Virus record (IMG/VR): IMGVR_UViG_3300027881_000017 | Coordinates: 1 to 56,115 of that record | From: a virus | Lineage: Duplodnaviria; Caudoviricetes | Length of the DNA stretch: 56,115 bases | Reading direction: 5' to 3' (one strand) | In this document: positions 7,993 through 17,690 of the stretch, one piece after another | Layout: each line of letters begins with the position of its first letter | How positions within the stretch are numbered: position 1 is the stretch's first letter | Position numbers and translations under genes: made by a program | The notes under the pieces: generated by a model | What the model saw: the letters and a program-made list of their open reading frames with translations, nothing else | Told to the model about the DNA's origin: nothing | The model's database searches: none

Positions 7993-10257
7993 ATGCCAGG
8001 ACAAGGTGTTACAAGTAAAGCGGCCTTCAAAATTGAAGGCACAACCGCATGGGGGACCAGCACAGATTGTGGTTCCGATGATCAAATTCACTTTATAAGC
8101 GAAAGTGTCAGCCATGCAATTGAACAGGCGCAAGCGATTCATAATGACGGGAATGTAGGTGCGAAAAGTTTATATCCAATCTTTAAAAAATACGGTGGCG
8201 ACGTATTGGTTGAAGCGCATTATGCTGGGTTAGAACAATTAGTTGCGATGGCGGTGGGGATGAGTCATCAAACATTGTCCCCTGTAAGTACAAGCACTTC
8301 TGCCAACGAGCATTATTTCTCACCATCAGCCGATATGAGCACCCGTGCTTTTAATGGATATGAAATGACATCGCCGTCAGGGAATGCTCAAAGACGTGGA
8401 TCATTATGCTTTGAAAAAGATACAAGTGTTTGGGAACTGGCGTCAGCTATGTGCAACGCTATGACTTTTGAGGCTGGTCCGGAACGTATTACATTCAGTT
8501 TTACTTTGGCTGGAAAAACAATAACCTTTGACAGTGCAACAAATCCTAATAGCGCTTCATGGTCTTTGCCAAGTAATACTGAACAAATATCTTGGGAAGA
8601 TATGACATTGTATCTCAAGGCCAGAGATCAATTTACAATTGCTGCTGCTAATGATACTTTTATTATTGATGACGGTGGCGGAGATGTTACTTTGGACATT
8701 GCCGATGGCACCTATACTGGGTACGAACTTTGCCAAGCAATAGTGGCTGCGGCAAATGCTGACGCTGATGTGGATGGTGTTTATAAAATGGAGTATGATG
8801 AACACCTTAGAAAATTTCGCATTTATACCACTGATGGTCAAACGTTTAGTGTATCTGGAGCAAGCATGCAGATGGCTGCTACTGTCGGGATGACTGTAGA
8901 TAGTTCAACAGCGATTGAAACGAGATCCGATTCAGCGGCAATTGTGGATTCTTTTGCAGCATTTACGACCACTGATAAAATAGGGGCTTCAAAAATTACT
9001 TGGGCATTGGAAAATAATCTGGACATAGAAAGTCAAGACAGCGAATCAGATCTTAATATTATTGAGCCTGAAAGGAATGGGATGAGGCGGCTGACCGGAA
9101 CTATTGAAATTCCAAGATATAAAAATGATACATTTCTTAAAGCAGTTAGTGGATACACAACGTATGAATTGTGGATTAATTTTACAGGATCTGCTATTGA
9201 CAGCGAATCTTATGAGATGAACATTCATATGCCAGCGGTGAGATTTACAAATGCAGATGCTCCAATAACTGGAGCAGAATTAATTAAACAAACGTTGGCT
9301 TTCGAAGCGGAAGTGCCGGACATAATCGATTGGGTCAATCATGCGTTTAATTCCTATCTTACAATTACGTCAGATACTACAACCAATAATATTATCGACA
9401 TTGCTGTTGGGCCGGATGGCATATATACCGCGCAAGGCGCCGGGACGATTGAAATTTGGAATCCGTTAGATGGTACTTTTAGCACAAGTACAGATACTGG
9501 AACAAATGCTTGGGGGGCTATAAAAGCATTTGGAAACAAGATGTTCGTTGGTGACTCCGCAGGTGAGATTTATGTTCAGGAAAATGGTGCATGGTCATCA
9601 AATTGTGATATTGGAGCAGGGGACGTAAGGAGGTTCGAAGGATTTAATGATGAATTCTTTTGCCTTGAAGGTTCTACCGGTAAAGTTTTTTATTATCCAG
9701 ACGAAGATACCAATTGGTCATTATCATGCGACACAACTTCTACAGATGCGAATGGGTTGATAACTTATAATGGAAATCTTTATATGGTTGGCAGCGATGG
9801 TTCTACTTTTACCAGGGTGTACGAGTTTGACGGTGCCACGCATTTAACCGGCTGGACAACCAGCACTGATATTGGTACTGGTTCTGCTATCCAGGCTGTA
9901 GCAATTCATGATGGTAAATTATATGTTTCTCATGCTGGCGTTTTAAATAGTTTTGATGGGACGACATGGACAGTAGTAGACGCTTCGATTGGTATTAGCC
10001 CTGAATCAATGCATAGTTGGAAAGGTCATTTAATTATGATCCCAACTGGGGCTGGTGCAGATCTTTACTATTATGATTTTAAAACAGGAGCAGCAGTTGC
10101 CATTAATAGTGGCTTAAATTTAAGCAGCGGCCAACCGTCGAAGATTATTGAAGGGAAGTTGTTTATGACGCAATCAGCGACTTCTATAAAGATACAAAAA
10201 CCAGTTCAAGAACTGTTAATGACAATTCAAAATCAAAACAGCACAAATCCATTATGA
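7993..10257 (+). CDS. Second tail-tube paralogue with inserted domain and C-terminal beta-propeller-like extension
   Basis: Aligns by eye to 6924..7979 (GQGV.S, F.SES...AI.Q, NNL, IPRY/LPRY, GAELIK); repeats such as YNGNLY, HDGKLY, FDGTTW after about aa 450. Confidence 0.65.
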   Translation: MPGQGVTSKAAFKIEGTTAWGTSTDCGSDDQIHFISESVSHAIEQAQAIHNDGNVGAKSLYPIFKKYGGDVLVEAHYAGLEQLVAMAVGMSHQTLSPVSTSTSANEHYFSPSADMSTRAFNGYEMTSPSGNAQRRGSLCFEKDTSVWELASAMCNAMTFEAGPERITFSFTLAGKTITFDSATNPNSASWSLPSNTEQISWEDMTLYLKARDQFTIAAANDTFIIDDGGGDVTLDIADGTYTGYELCQAIVAAANADADVDGVYKMEYDEHLRKFRIYTTDGQTFSVSGASMQMAATVGMTVDSSTAIETRSDSAAIVDSFAAFTTTDKIGASKITWALENNLDIESQDSESDLNIIEPERNGMRRLTGTIEIPRYKNDTFLKAVSGYTTYELWINFTGSAIDSESYEMNIHMPAVRFTNADAPITGAELIKQTLAFEAEVPDIIDWVNHAFNSYLTITSDTTTNNIIDIAVGPDGIYTAQGAGTIEIWNPLDGTFSTSTDTGTNAWGAIKAFGNKMFVGDSAGEIYVQENGAWSSNCDIGAGDVRRFEGFNDEFFCLEGSTGKVFYYPDEDTNWSLSCDTTSTDANGLITYNGNLYMVGSDGSTFTRVYEFDGATHLTGWTTSTDIGTGSAIQAVAIHDGKLYVSHAGVLNSFDGTTWTVVDASIGISPESMHSWKGHLIMIPTGAGADLYYYDFKTGAAVAINSGLNLSSGQPSKIIEGKLFMTQSATSIKIQKPVQELLMTIQNQNSTNPL

Positions 10258-11039
10258 AATTAAGCGTATGTTATATGGTTAAAAACGAGATTTTAAGTTT
10301 GCCTGAAAGCATTATGCACACCAAGGATCTTGCCGATGAGATTTGTGTGGTTGATACCGGCAGCACTGATGGCACTGTGGGATATTTGAAAGAAATGCAG
10401 AGTGAGAATACTCTAAAGTTTGCTGAGTTTAAATGGTGCGATGATTTTAGCGCTGCCAGAAATGCTTCGCTTGATATGGCTACTGGGGATTGGATTTTAA
10501 TTCTTGACGCTGACGAGTGGATTTATCTCGATCAATTTGAAACTATCCGTAAATTAATGTCTGACCCCAACATAGATATCTGGGAGTTTAGTATTCTTAG
10601 TTTTATGCAAGATCCGCATTGGGTAAAAAAACCCGTTGTCATTAAAGGTTTTGTCGAGCGGATGTTCCGCAATGGAAAGGGTTTTAAATACGAAGGAATA
10701 GTTCATAACAAATTAATGTTTAATGGCCAGCTTTCTAAGAATAGCAAGTGCGCAATTAATAATTTTAAGTTCAGAGAGAAGCGCACCTATAAAGAAAAGG
10801 CAGCGGCAAATAAAATACTACTCGATAAAAAAATCATTGACCAGGGATGGACTTTCTTGAACTGTGTTCATTACGCAGATATTTATAGGGGATTGTGGAC
10901 ATGGTTTGGCGATGTAAAAGATGGCAACAGAGCCGTTCATTATTTAGATATGGCATTAAAAATAAAACATGATCGAAGAATGGTTGAAACTAAGAACTCA
11001 ATATTACAAGGAGTGAGATATGCCAAGTCCCGGTATTAA
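10254..11039 (+). CDS. Glycosyltransferase family 2 with helical C-terminus
   Basis: LSVCYMVKNE, VVDTGSTDGT, WCDDFSAARN, WILILDADE. Confidence 0.9.
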   Translation: MKLSVCYMVKNEILSLPESIMHTKDLADEICVVDTGSTDGTVGYLKEMQSENTLKFAEFKWCDDFSAARNASLDMATGDWILILDADEWIYLDQFETIRKLMSDPNIDIWEFSILSFMQDPHWVKKPVVIKGFVERMFRNGKGFKYEGIVHNKLMFNGQLSKNSKCAINNFKFREKRTYKEKAAANKILLDKKIIDQGWTFLNCVHYADIYRGLWTWFGDVKDGNRAVHYLDMALKIKHDRRMVETKNSILQGVRYAKSRY

Positions 11040-11277
11040 GGTGTTGGAAAAGAAAAAACTATCGAGCTTTGAATATTATGTAAAAATAAGATATAAGGGG
11101 CGGGATTACAGCGATGCTTTTTCTTTGCCTGGTAAAAAGAAATTTGCCAAAAACTATAAAGATAAAAAATCCATAGCTTATATTATTACAATGGCTATGA
11201 TAAATGCAGTAGAAAAACAAACGGCTGAAGCCGAGGAGGTTAAAGATGTCAACAGTCAAGATAATTCAGAAGGATGA
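11020..11277 (+). CDS. Hypothetical protein
   Basis: aggag RBS; operon packing. Confidence 0.55.
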   Translation: MPSPGIKVLEKKKLSSFEYYVKIRYKGRDYSDAFSLPGKKKFAKNYKDKKSIAYIITMAMINAVEKQTAEAEEVKDVNSQDNSEG

Positions 11278-11614
11278 GAAATTAGTTCATATTGCAGGCG
11301 AAACCACTTTTTATTATAAAAGAATTTCCAGCGAACGAGCCAGCGCAATTAGGCGTAAACACACAAAGCGTGGCGAAATGGACGCTGGCTCCGCTGGATT
11401 TGAAATGCTACAAACTCATTTATTAGGATGGGAAAATGTACAAGATTGGGATGACAATCAAGTTGAGTTTACCGTTGAAAACATTAGATTAATTCCAGAT
11501 GAAATACTTGCTGACTTAATCGCTGCAATTAGTAGTAGCGATGGCGTATTAGCAGAATCGCCTAATATTGAAGATGCGGTTAAGAGCCCAAGCAAAACAG
11601 AAAAAAACTCTTAG
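11246..11614 (+). CDS. Tail assembly chaperone (G)
   Basis: LLGWENVQD motif; upstream of the tape measure gene; ends at a slippery site. Confidence 0.8.
   Translation: MSTVKIIQKDEKLVHIAGETTFYYKRISSERASAIRRKHTKRGEMDAGSAGFEMLQTHLLGWENVQDWDDNQVEFTVENIRLIPDEILADLIAAISSSDGVLAESPNIEDAVKSPSKTEKNS
11602..11608 (+). promoter_or_regulatory. -1 programmed ribosomal frameshift site A AAA AAC
   Basis: In-frame XXXYYYZ heptamer two codons before the stop; the -1 frame stays open to 12015. Confidence 0.8.
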
Positions 11615-12015
11615 CGCATGTTCGGACTTTAGCGATATACAATTTTCCAATTGATGTATGTTCGGCATGCAGGTTCAGTCATTTTGAAAAAGGCAAGGAT
11701 GTTTCGTGTGATGATTGGCAAGAAATATGTTGTAAAACTGATAACCATATTCGAGATGAAAACGAATATATGGACCTGGACCAAATTGAGCGGGATGTCA
11801 TATATTTGTGGAACAAGATAACGTCTTTGTCCAGGTTGGAAAAAATTGAAAGAACTAAGGGAAAGCAATCCATGGTTTATTATATTAAGACCCTTGAAAA
11901 AATGGAAGTTGTTTTGGATAATACTGATTGGAGTGCGATGCATATAAGTAAACAGGGTGCTATTAATTTGATCTCATTAACTCATTCAGTTTACAACAAT
12001 GCGGTGTTAGGATAA
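11602..12015 (+). CDS. Frameshifted extension of the tail assembly chaperone (GT form 11246..12015)
   Basis: The -1 frame reads KKLLAHVRTLAIYNFPIDVCSACRF... without a stop into ORF 11770..12015. Confidence 0.75.
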   Translation, partial: KKLLAHVRTLAIYNFPIDVCSACRFSHFEKGKDVSCDDWQEICCKTDNHIRDENEYMDLDQIERDVIYLWNKITSLSRLEKIERTKGKQSMVYYIKTLEKMEVVLDNTDWSAMHISKQGAINLISLTHSVYNNAVLG

Positions 12016-12016
12016 T

Positions 12017-14404
12017 ATGTCAAATGTAATAGTAAGAATTATTGCTCAAAACCTTATGAAAAAAGGTTTCTTGGCTGCCGGCGCCGATGTTAAAAAATTT
12101 GAAGCAGCCACGAAAGCAGCGACGGCAAGGCTGGGCAAGATGGCCATTGCTGCCGGTGTTGTTGGCGCAATAGGCATTGCAAAGTTTGCAAAGTTTGATA
12201 AAAGTATTCGCGAGATCGGAACACTGCTTGGCAGAGTCACTGATGAAGACATTAAAAGGATGGGCGAAGAGGTCAAGTCTATGTCCGCCAAGTTTGGTCA
12301 AAGCGTTGAGAAGATGGCCAAAGCGAAGTATGATATTATTAGTGCTGGATTTACCGATGCTGCTGAGAGTGCAGAACTCTTAGATGTTGCTGCCCGCCTT
12401 GCATCTGCTGGTGTTACTACTGTTGCTAAAACTGCCGACGTTTTGACTTCTGTTCTTAATGCTTATGGAAGAAGTGCTAAAGATGCAGAACATTTTAGCG
12501 ATGTTTTGTTTACCACTGTTCGTTTAGGCAAAACTACAGTTGATCAATTGGCGTCTGGTCTTGGGCGTGCTGCTGCAATAGCTCCTCAGGTTAACGTTAG
12601 CTTTGAAGAATTGTCTGCCGGCATTGCAACGCTAACTGCTGGCGGCCAGTCAACTGATGAGGTTATGACTTCAATGGTCGCTACAATGTCTGCCATGTTA
12701 AAACCTATGCCTGCTTTGAGCGCCAGGCTTAAAGCGTTGGGTTTTGATACTGGAAGTGCGGCGTTCGAATCTTTGGGTTTTGCTGGTACGTTAGAAAGAC
12801 TTACAGAGGAAATGACTGAAACTGAAATTGCATCGTTCTTCCCTAATATTAGAGCACTAAAAGGAATTTTCCCTTTAACGGGTACGCTGGCAGATAAATT
12901 TACAGAAAACGTAAAAGCGATGGATAAAACTGCTGGAGCAACTGATAAGGCTTTTGGTGTAATGGCAGATGGCATTGCATTTAGATTCAGCCAGATGGGA
13001 GCAGAAGCAGAGAACGCATTAATATCAATTGGTGAAAACTTATTACCAGTTGCTGAAGGATTGCTTTCATTGTTAGAGGGATTTACTAAATTAGATCCGG
13101 CAATGCAAACTGCAATTATAACTTTTGGTTTATTAACAATTGTGGTGGGTAGTTTCGCCACAGCGATTACAATAGCATTGGGACCAGTTGGATTATTATA
13201 TGCCGCTGCTGGAATCCTGGCTGCTGCAGTTGGAACTTATGTTGCTGTTTCAGTTACTGCTACAGAAGAAACTGGCAAACTTGGGGATGCCACAGAAACT
13301 GCTGCCGGCAAAATGAAAATAATGAAGAATAGATTAGATGAATTAAATATGCGACAGCTTGAGGTTAGGGTTATCCAGGTTACTAATGAGATAAAAAGAC
13401 TTGCCAAAAAATTTCAAGAAGGTGGAATGGGTGCTGCTGTATATTCCGCAGAACTACGAACTTTAAAGATTGAATTAAAAGCAACAAAAAAAGCATTAGA
13501 TGATTTTGATAAACGGGGAGCGGCAGCTGCTGATCCAGACCCAGAGGATAAAATCAAAGCTGGTCTTAAGTTTGCTACCTGGGAAGCATATTATGCTTCG
13601 CTTGATGAGGCAGCTCAAACAAAATTAGAAACAGAATTTGAAGCTTTTGATACTGTTTTGGAATACCAAGTAGCAACTGACCTCAGCAAATTAGAATCAG
13701 ACATGATGTACCAAAATACTGTCAAGGAGAACGCAAAGAAAAAACGAATAGCGATGTTAAAATTTCTTATCCAAGAAAGAATGGATAAAGAGGCTGCTAT
13801 AAAAAGACAAATCGAGCTTGATAAATTGGCAGCAAGAGCTAAAGTAATGGCAATAAGAACGGCATTAAATGATATTGCTTCTCTTTTTGGCAAACACACT
13901 GCAATAGCAAAAGGTGCATTAATGACTCAGGCCTTAATGGATACTTATGCTGCTGCGAACAGGGCGCTTGCTTCTTTGCCGCCGCCATGGAGTTTTATTG
14001 CTGCAGCGGCGGCGGTGGCTGCTGGATTGTCAAATGTCGCAAAGATATCAGCGATGGCCCGTGGCGGGATTGTTGAGCCAATAAGAGCACAAACCGGAAT
14101 AGTATCTGCGGGATTTGATTCGGTTCCAGCGTTATTGCGTCCAGGTGAAGCAGTGATCCCAACAGAAACCGCTCGTGACAACTTGCCCGCTATAAGGCAA
14201 TTAATTGCTGGACAAAGCATTAGCGATGGTGGCGGAGGCGGTGGATTGTCAATACAAATAGTGAATAATATTTCCGCTATTGATTCTCAGGGCGTTGCGG
14301 AATTTGTTGAAAGTGGAGATTTTAAAGATGCGATTGTGGATGCTATCAATGATGAAAAGATTAGATTAAATGCTGGGACAGAAACAGTGACAGGAGTATT
14401 TTAA
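12017..14404 (+). CDS. Tape measure protein (TP901 family)
   Basis: YDIISAG, LTSVLNAYG, SDVLFTTVRLGKTT motifs; Ala-rich; C-terminal DSVPALLRPGEAVI. Confidence 0.93.
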   Translation: MSNVIVRIIAQNLMKKGFLAAGADVKKFEAATKAATARLGKMAIAAGVVGAIGIAKFAKFDKSIREIGTLLGRVTDEDIKRMGEEVKSMSAKFGQSVEKMAKAKYDIISAGFTDAAESAELLDVAARLASAGVTTVAKTADVLTSVLNAYGRSAKDAEHFSDVLFTTVRLGKTTVDQLASGLGRAAAIAPQVNVSFEELSAGIATLTAGGQSTDEVMTSMVATMSAMLKPMPALSARLKALGFDTGSAAFESLGFAGTLERLTEEMTETEIASFFPNIRALKGIFPLTGTLADKFTENVKAMDKTAGATDKAFGVMADGIAFRFSQMGAEAENALISIGENLLPVAEGLLSLLEGFTKLDPAMQTAIITFGLLTIVVGSFATAITIALGPVGLLYAAAGILAAAVGTYVAVSVTATEETGKLGDATETAAGKMKIMKNRLDELNMRQLEVRVIQVTNEIKRLAKKFQEGGMGAAVYSAELRTLKIELKATKKALDDFDKRGAAAADPDPEDKIKAGLKFATWEAYYASLDEAAQTKLETEFEAFDTVLEYQVATDLSKLESDMMYQNTVKENAKKKRIAMLKFLIQERMDKEAAIKRQIELDKLAARAKVMAIRTALNDIASLFGKHTAIAKGALMTQALMDTYAAANRALASLPPPWSFIAAAAAVAAGLSNVAKISAMARGGIVEPIRAQTGIVSAGFDSVPALLRPGEAVIPTETARDNLPAIRQLIAGQSISDGGGGGGLSIQIVNNISAIDSQGVAEFVESGDFKDAIVDAINDEKIRLNAGTETVTGVF

Positions 14405-14787
14405 TGAGCATAGTATTTACAAAAGCAGGCAGATCAAATTTAACTTTTGAGCGTGGAAGAATTGTTCCGTATTCTACTGTTGAATATACAATCAATCAAC
14501 AAATGGATTTAACAGAATCAAATACTCCAAAAGTTACTGACTATGGCGATGATTTAAAATTAATGAAATTAGTATTTAATCATCTTAGCAAAGACATGTA
14601 CAATGGAACGGTTAATGGTCTTGAAACATGGTTTAGTTCTTCTGAGGTAAATTGGGCTGAGAACAGTTTTACAATGACCGATGAAACCGGCGCCACCCAT
14701 ACAGTCAGGTTATGGCAAAAGAAGTTTGGAATGACAGCAGACCAGGGAGGACGATATGGTGTTTCAATTGTTCTGCTTAAGGAATAA
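14404..14787 (+). CDS. Distal tail (Dit)-like protein
   Basis: Size and position directly after the tape measure gene. Confidence 0.55.
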   Translation: MSIVFTKAGRSNLTFERGRIVPYSTVEYTINQQMDLTESNTPKVTDYGDDLKLMKLVFNHLSKDMYNGTVNGLETWFSSSEVNWAENSFTMTDETGATHTVRLWQKKFGMTADQGGRYGVSIVLLKE

Positions 14788-14789
14788 TA

Positions 14790-17201
14790 ATGTTATATAG
14801 TGTGCCCGCCCAAATAACTACCGAACAATTTAAGCAAGGTTATAAAATATTACTGCTGGTTGATTTCTCAGAACTTCCCGGCACTAATAACTATCGCAGA
14901 TTTAGCAACGGGGGCAAGTGGATAAGAGAGACTGGTACTGATGGAGTAGTGACTGGAAATAATTATTTTTCATCAGCAACCGCAAAGTTTCTACAATGGA
15001 ACACTAAAGAGGATGATGAACTTTTTATTGATGGTACTTGGGATACAGATATCGCAAGCTTAAATAGCGATACAGCGGCAGGTCTTGATGATTATGCTGC
15101 TAATGGGTCAGGATTAGATTGGATTTTATATCATAGGGTTTATGATTCTCTTAGAAAAAATATGCGGTTAAGTGTCAATGTTAAAATGCCCGAACTTATT
15201 AATGGCATGAGTTCTATTGGGTCTGCTAATGTTCAATTGGTTGATTTTAGAGGTACTATTGCTCTTCGCCTTTTATCTGATCCCGAAATTATTGGAACGG
15301 AAGTTAATGTATGGTTGCAGTTTGATGATGGCACTGCTTATGATTATGACGATGCTGTAAATATATATTCTGGTATCATTAGTAGTTATAATCAAAAACA
15401 AAATACTTTAACTGTTAAATTAAAGAATAAAGAATTAGATTTGGGCAAATTACCTGCAACTCTTCTTGGCGATACTTATTCTTTTTATGCTGGTCCATCT
15501 GGTTATACAGAACAAATTCAGTTTGGTGATTTTAATTGGGCAAATGATTTCCAATATTGGGCAGAGTGGAACGAACATAGATTGGCCGCAGTAATTTATA
15601 GCGGCAGAGACGTTCCTGCTGATCTTGATCATTTCCATGTCGCTAATCACGATATGACGGAATTTCCTACTGGTACAAATTTCAAAGAAATGATCACAGC
15701 TACTTCTAATGATTATAATCCTCCGTGGGCTTTCATAAGAGTTGAAAATAGTTGGTGCCCTTTTAGGCTTGGCTCTACTGAAACATTTGTAATGACTAAT
15801 TCTGAAAGTGAAAATTCCTTTACGAGAGATGATGCCGGTGCTCTAAGTTATACTATCGATCCATTTATAATGCATCATTTAACTGCTGAGTGGTCTACCG
15901 GTACAAATATTTATAATAATGATGTTGCTGGTTTTGCTAATTGTATTGATGGAGATTCAACGACTACTGATGCTATAACCGGCACTGAAAACTTAAGCGT
16001 TCAAACAATTGATAGAACCAATCTTGGTCAACTTGATCATGATGGTAGTAGGACGATATATTGGTTAGTTAGTTTTGGAGCGATAGATGTTACCGGTGCG
16101 CCGAGGTTGCGAGTTTATGATGTGGCGACTTCAAGTTTGCAGGTGAGTTTAACTTTACAAGGTGGGATGGCGGACACAAGCCAGCATGTTCAGGTTTTTA
16201 GTGCGACTGATCCAGATGATTATTTTGTTAATGTTGGCGGGTCTTCTGGGGGTGCTTATGTTGTGGTTAAAAACATTACTGTTTGGGATACTATACCAAG
16301 TGACTTTGACCAGGATTTGTTAAGCAATCCAGTTTTTTATTCTCGTGGTCAGGGACGCAATTATTCAAGCGTCTGGACTGGGTTGTCTGGCAGCAGGAAA
16401 ACTTCTGGAAATCTTATTGAGAATCCTGCTGATGCGATAGAAAGTATTTTGCGAGACGATCTTGGATATACTGGGATTTATAACGGCAATCCAGATACCA
16501 CAAAAGATAAAATTGAATGCGAGCAAAGTTTTGATGATACTTTTGATATATTTAATGCTGTTAGTATCGCTGCTTGTGGCAGTATTTATCAGCAGCAAGA
16601 TGCTGAGGTTTTATTAAAGCAAATATGCAAGATGTTTAATTTCAATCTAAACTTTACAATGCTTAGGCGTTGGCGGTTAGATTTTCCACAGGCTGCTGGT
16701 TTGGATTTTGAAAATAGTGCCAGCGGAACTCCAGATGCCGATGATATTTTCACCGATGACGAATCGGTTGTTGGCGGTTTTTTTAGCAATCATCCAATAC
16801 TAAAAGGCTCATTCCAATACAACAGAACAAAAGGCAATGAAAAATATGACGCATTGACAATAAGGTACGGCAGAGATGTCGGTACTTTTTTGAGCAGCGT
16901 TACGGTTGGGTCCGGCAAAACGCTGACGTTAAATAATTTTCTTATTTCTGATTCAACAAACGCTACTGCCTTGAGGGATCTTTTGGATGATTGGGTGCTA
17001 ACTAGCAAAGCATTGGTCTCGTTTAAAACATGGTACAATGCTATCCATTATGAAATCGGAGATGCAATAAATATCCAACACGCTGCCATGCGTGATGATA
17101 TGGTCGATGCCACGGTTGCTACTCAAAAATGGATGATCCTGGAAAAGACAATTCATTGGCATCCTCCCCATATTACCGTTAAGGCAATTGAGTTGGTTTA
17201 G
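14790..17201 (+). CDS. Tail tip/baseplate hub protein
   Basis: 803 aa after Dit; IENPADAIESIL and YEIGDAINI hub-like motifs. Confidence 0.65.
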   Translation: MLYSVPAQITTEQFKQGYKILLLVDFSELPGTNNYRRFSNGGKWIRETGTDGVVTGNNYFSSATAKFLQWNTKEDDELFIDGTWDTDIASLNSDTAAGLDDYAANGSGLDWILYHRVYDSLRKNMRLSVNVKMPELINGMSSIGSANVQLVDFRGTIALRLLSDPEIIGTEVNVWLQFDDGTAYDYDDAVNIYSGIISSYNQKQNTLTVKLKNKELDLGKLPATLLGDTYSFYAGPSGYTEQIQFGDFNWANDFQYWAEWNEHRLAAVIYSGRDVPADLDHFHVANHDMTEFPTGTNFKEMITATSNDYNPPWAFIRVENSWCPFRLGSTETFVMTNSESENSFTRDDAGALSYTIDPFIMHHLTAEWSTGTNIYNNDVAGFANCIDGDSTTTDAITGTENLSVQTIDRTNLGQLDHDGSRTIYWLVSFGAIDVTGAPRLRVYDVATSSLQVSLTLQGGMADTSQHVQVFSATDPDDYFVNVGGSSGGAYVVVKNITVWDTIPSDFDQDLLSNPVFYSRGQGRNYSSVWTGLSGSRKTSGNLIENPADAIESILRDDLGYTGIYNGNPDTTKDKIECEQSFDDTFDIFNAVSIAACGSIYQQQDAEVLLKQICKMFNFNLNFTMLRRWRLDFPQAAGLDFENSASGTPDADDIFTDDESVVGGFFSNHPILKGSFQYNRTKGNEKYDALTIRYGRDVGTFLSSVTVGSGKTLTLNNFLISDSTNATALRDLLDDWVLTSKALVSFKTWYNAIHYEIGDAINIQHAAMRDDMVDATVATQKWMILEKTIHWHPPHITVKAIELV

Positions 17202-17205
17202 ACAT

Positions 17206-17236
17206 AAAAAAACCCCGACCATTTCTGGCCGAGGTT
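17206..17236 (-). terminator. Intrinsic terminator between convergent late and early transcripts
   Basis: Minus strand AACCUCGGCCA-GAAA-UGGUCGGGGUU followed by a U-tract; G-U pairs favour the minus strand. Confidence 0.8.
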
Positions 17237-17241
17237 AATTT

Positions 17242-17448
17242 TTAAATATCGATCTTATCTATTCTCCTTGTCCCGTGAAGCTTGTTATCCTTTCTTGCCC
17301 GAGGATTTCTGTCTTTTATTTTACGCTCGCATTTATAACACGGGATGCCTGTTCCTTTTTTTGCGATCAAGTTCATCTTAAGTGGTTCGCCGCAGACAAT
17401 ACATTTATCCATTGGGCTTTTCTGTTTGTAATCATATGGTTTTTTCAT
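17242..17448 (-). CDS. Small zinc-finger protein (CxxC...CxxC)
   Basis: Start moved to ATG 17448 (ATGA overlap); CIVCG...CYKC. Confidence 0.6.
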   Translation of the reverse strand: MKKPYDYKQKSPMDKCIVCGEPLKMNLIAKKGTGIPCYKCERKIKDRNPRARKDNKLHGTRRIDKIDI

Positions 17449-17537
17449 AATAACCCTCTTACTATCTGAACCGCAAAATAAATTGCAGTCAGGGTCATAA
17501 ACATTATTGCCAAGATATAACCTAATCCTTTCTTCAT
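17445..17537 (-). CDS. 30-aa single-TM peptide MKKGLGYILAIMFMTLTAIYFAVQIVRGLL (not in the ORF track)
   Basis: ggaaagg RBS; stop overlaps the next ATG. Confidence 0.55.
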   Translation of the reverse strand: MKKGLGYILAIMFMTLTAIYFAVQIVRGLL

Positions 17538-17690
17538 TTGATTTCCTTTCCATTTGTGAATAATAATTTTCTCCCACGGCTGTAAAACCTGCACTCAATC
17601 AAAGTCGACTCCGCCCAATGTCCCGCCAAGGTCGGGGTCGCTTGTGGCTATCGGTTTTCCTCTTTGATCTGTGGTGCTAATGAAAAGTAA

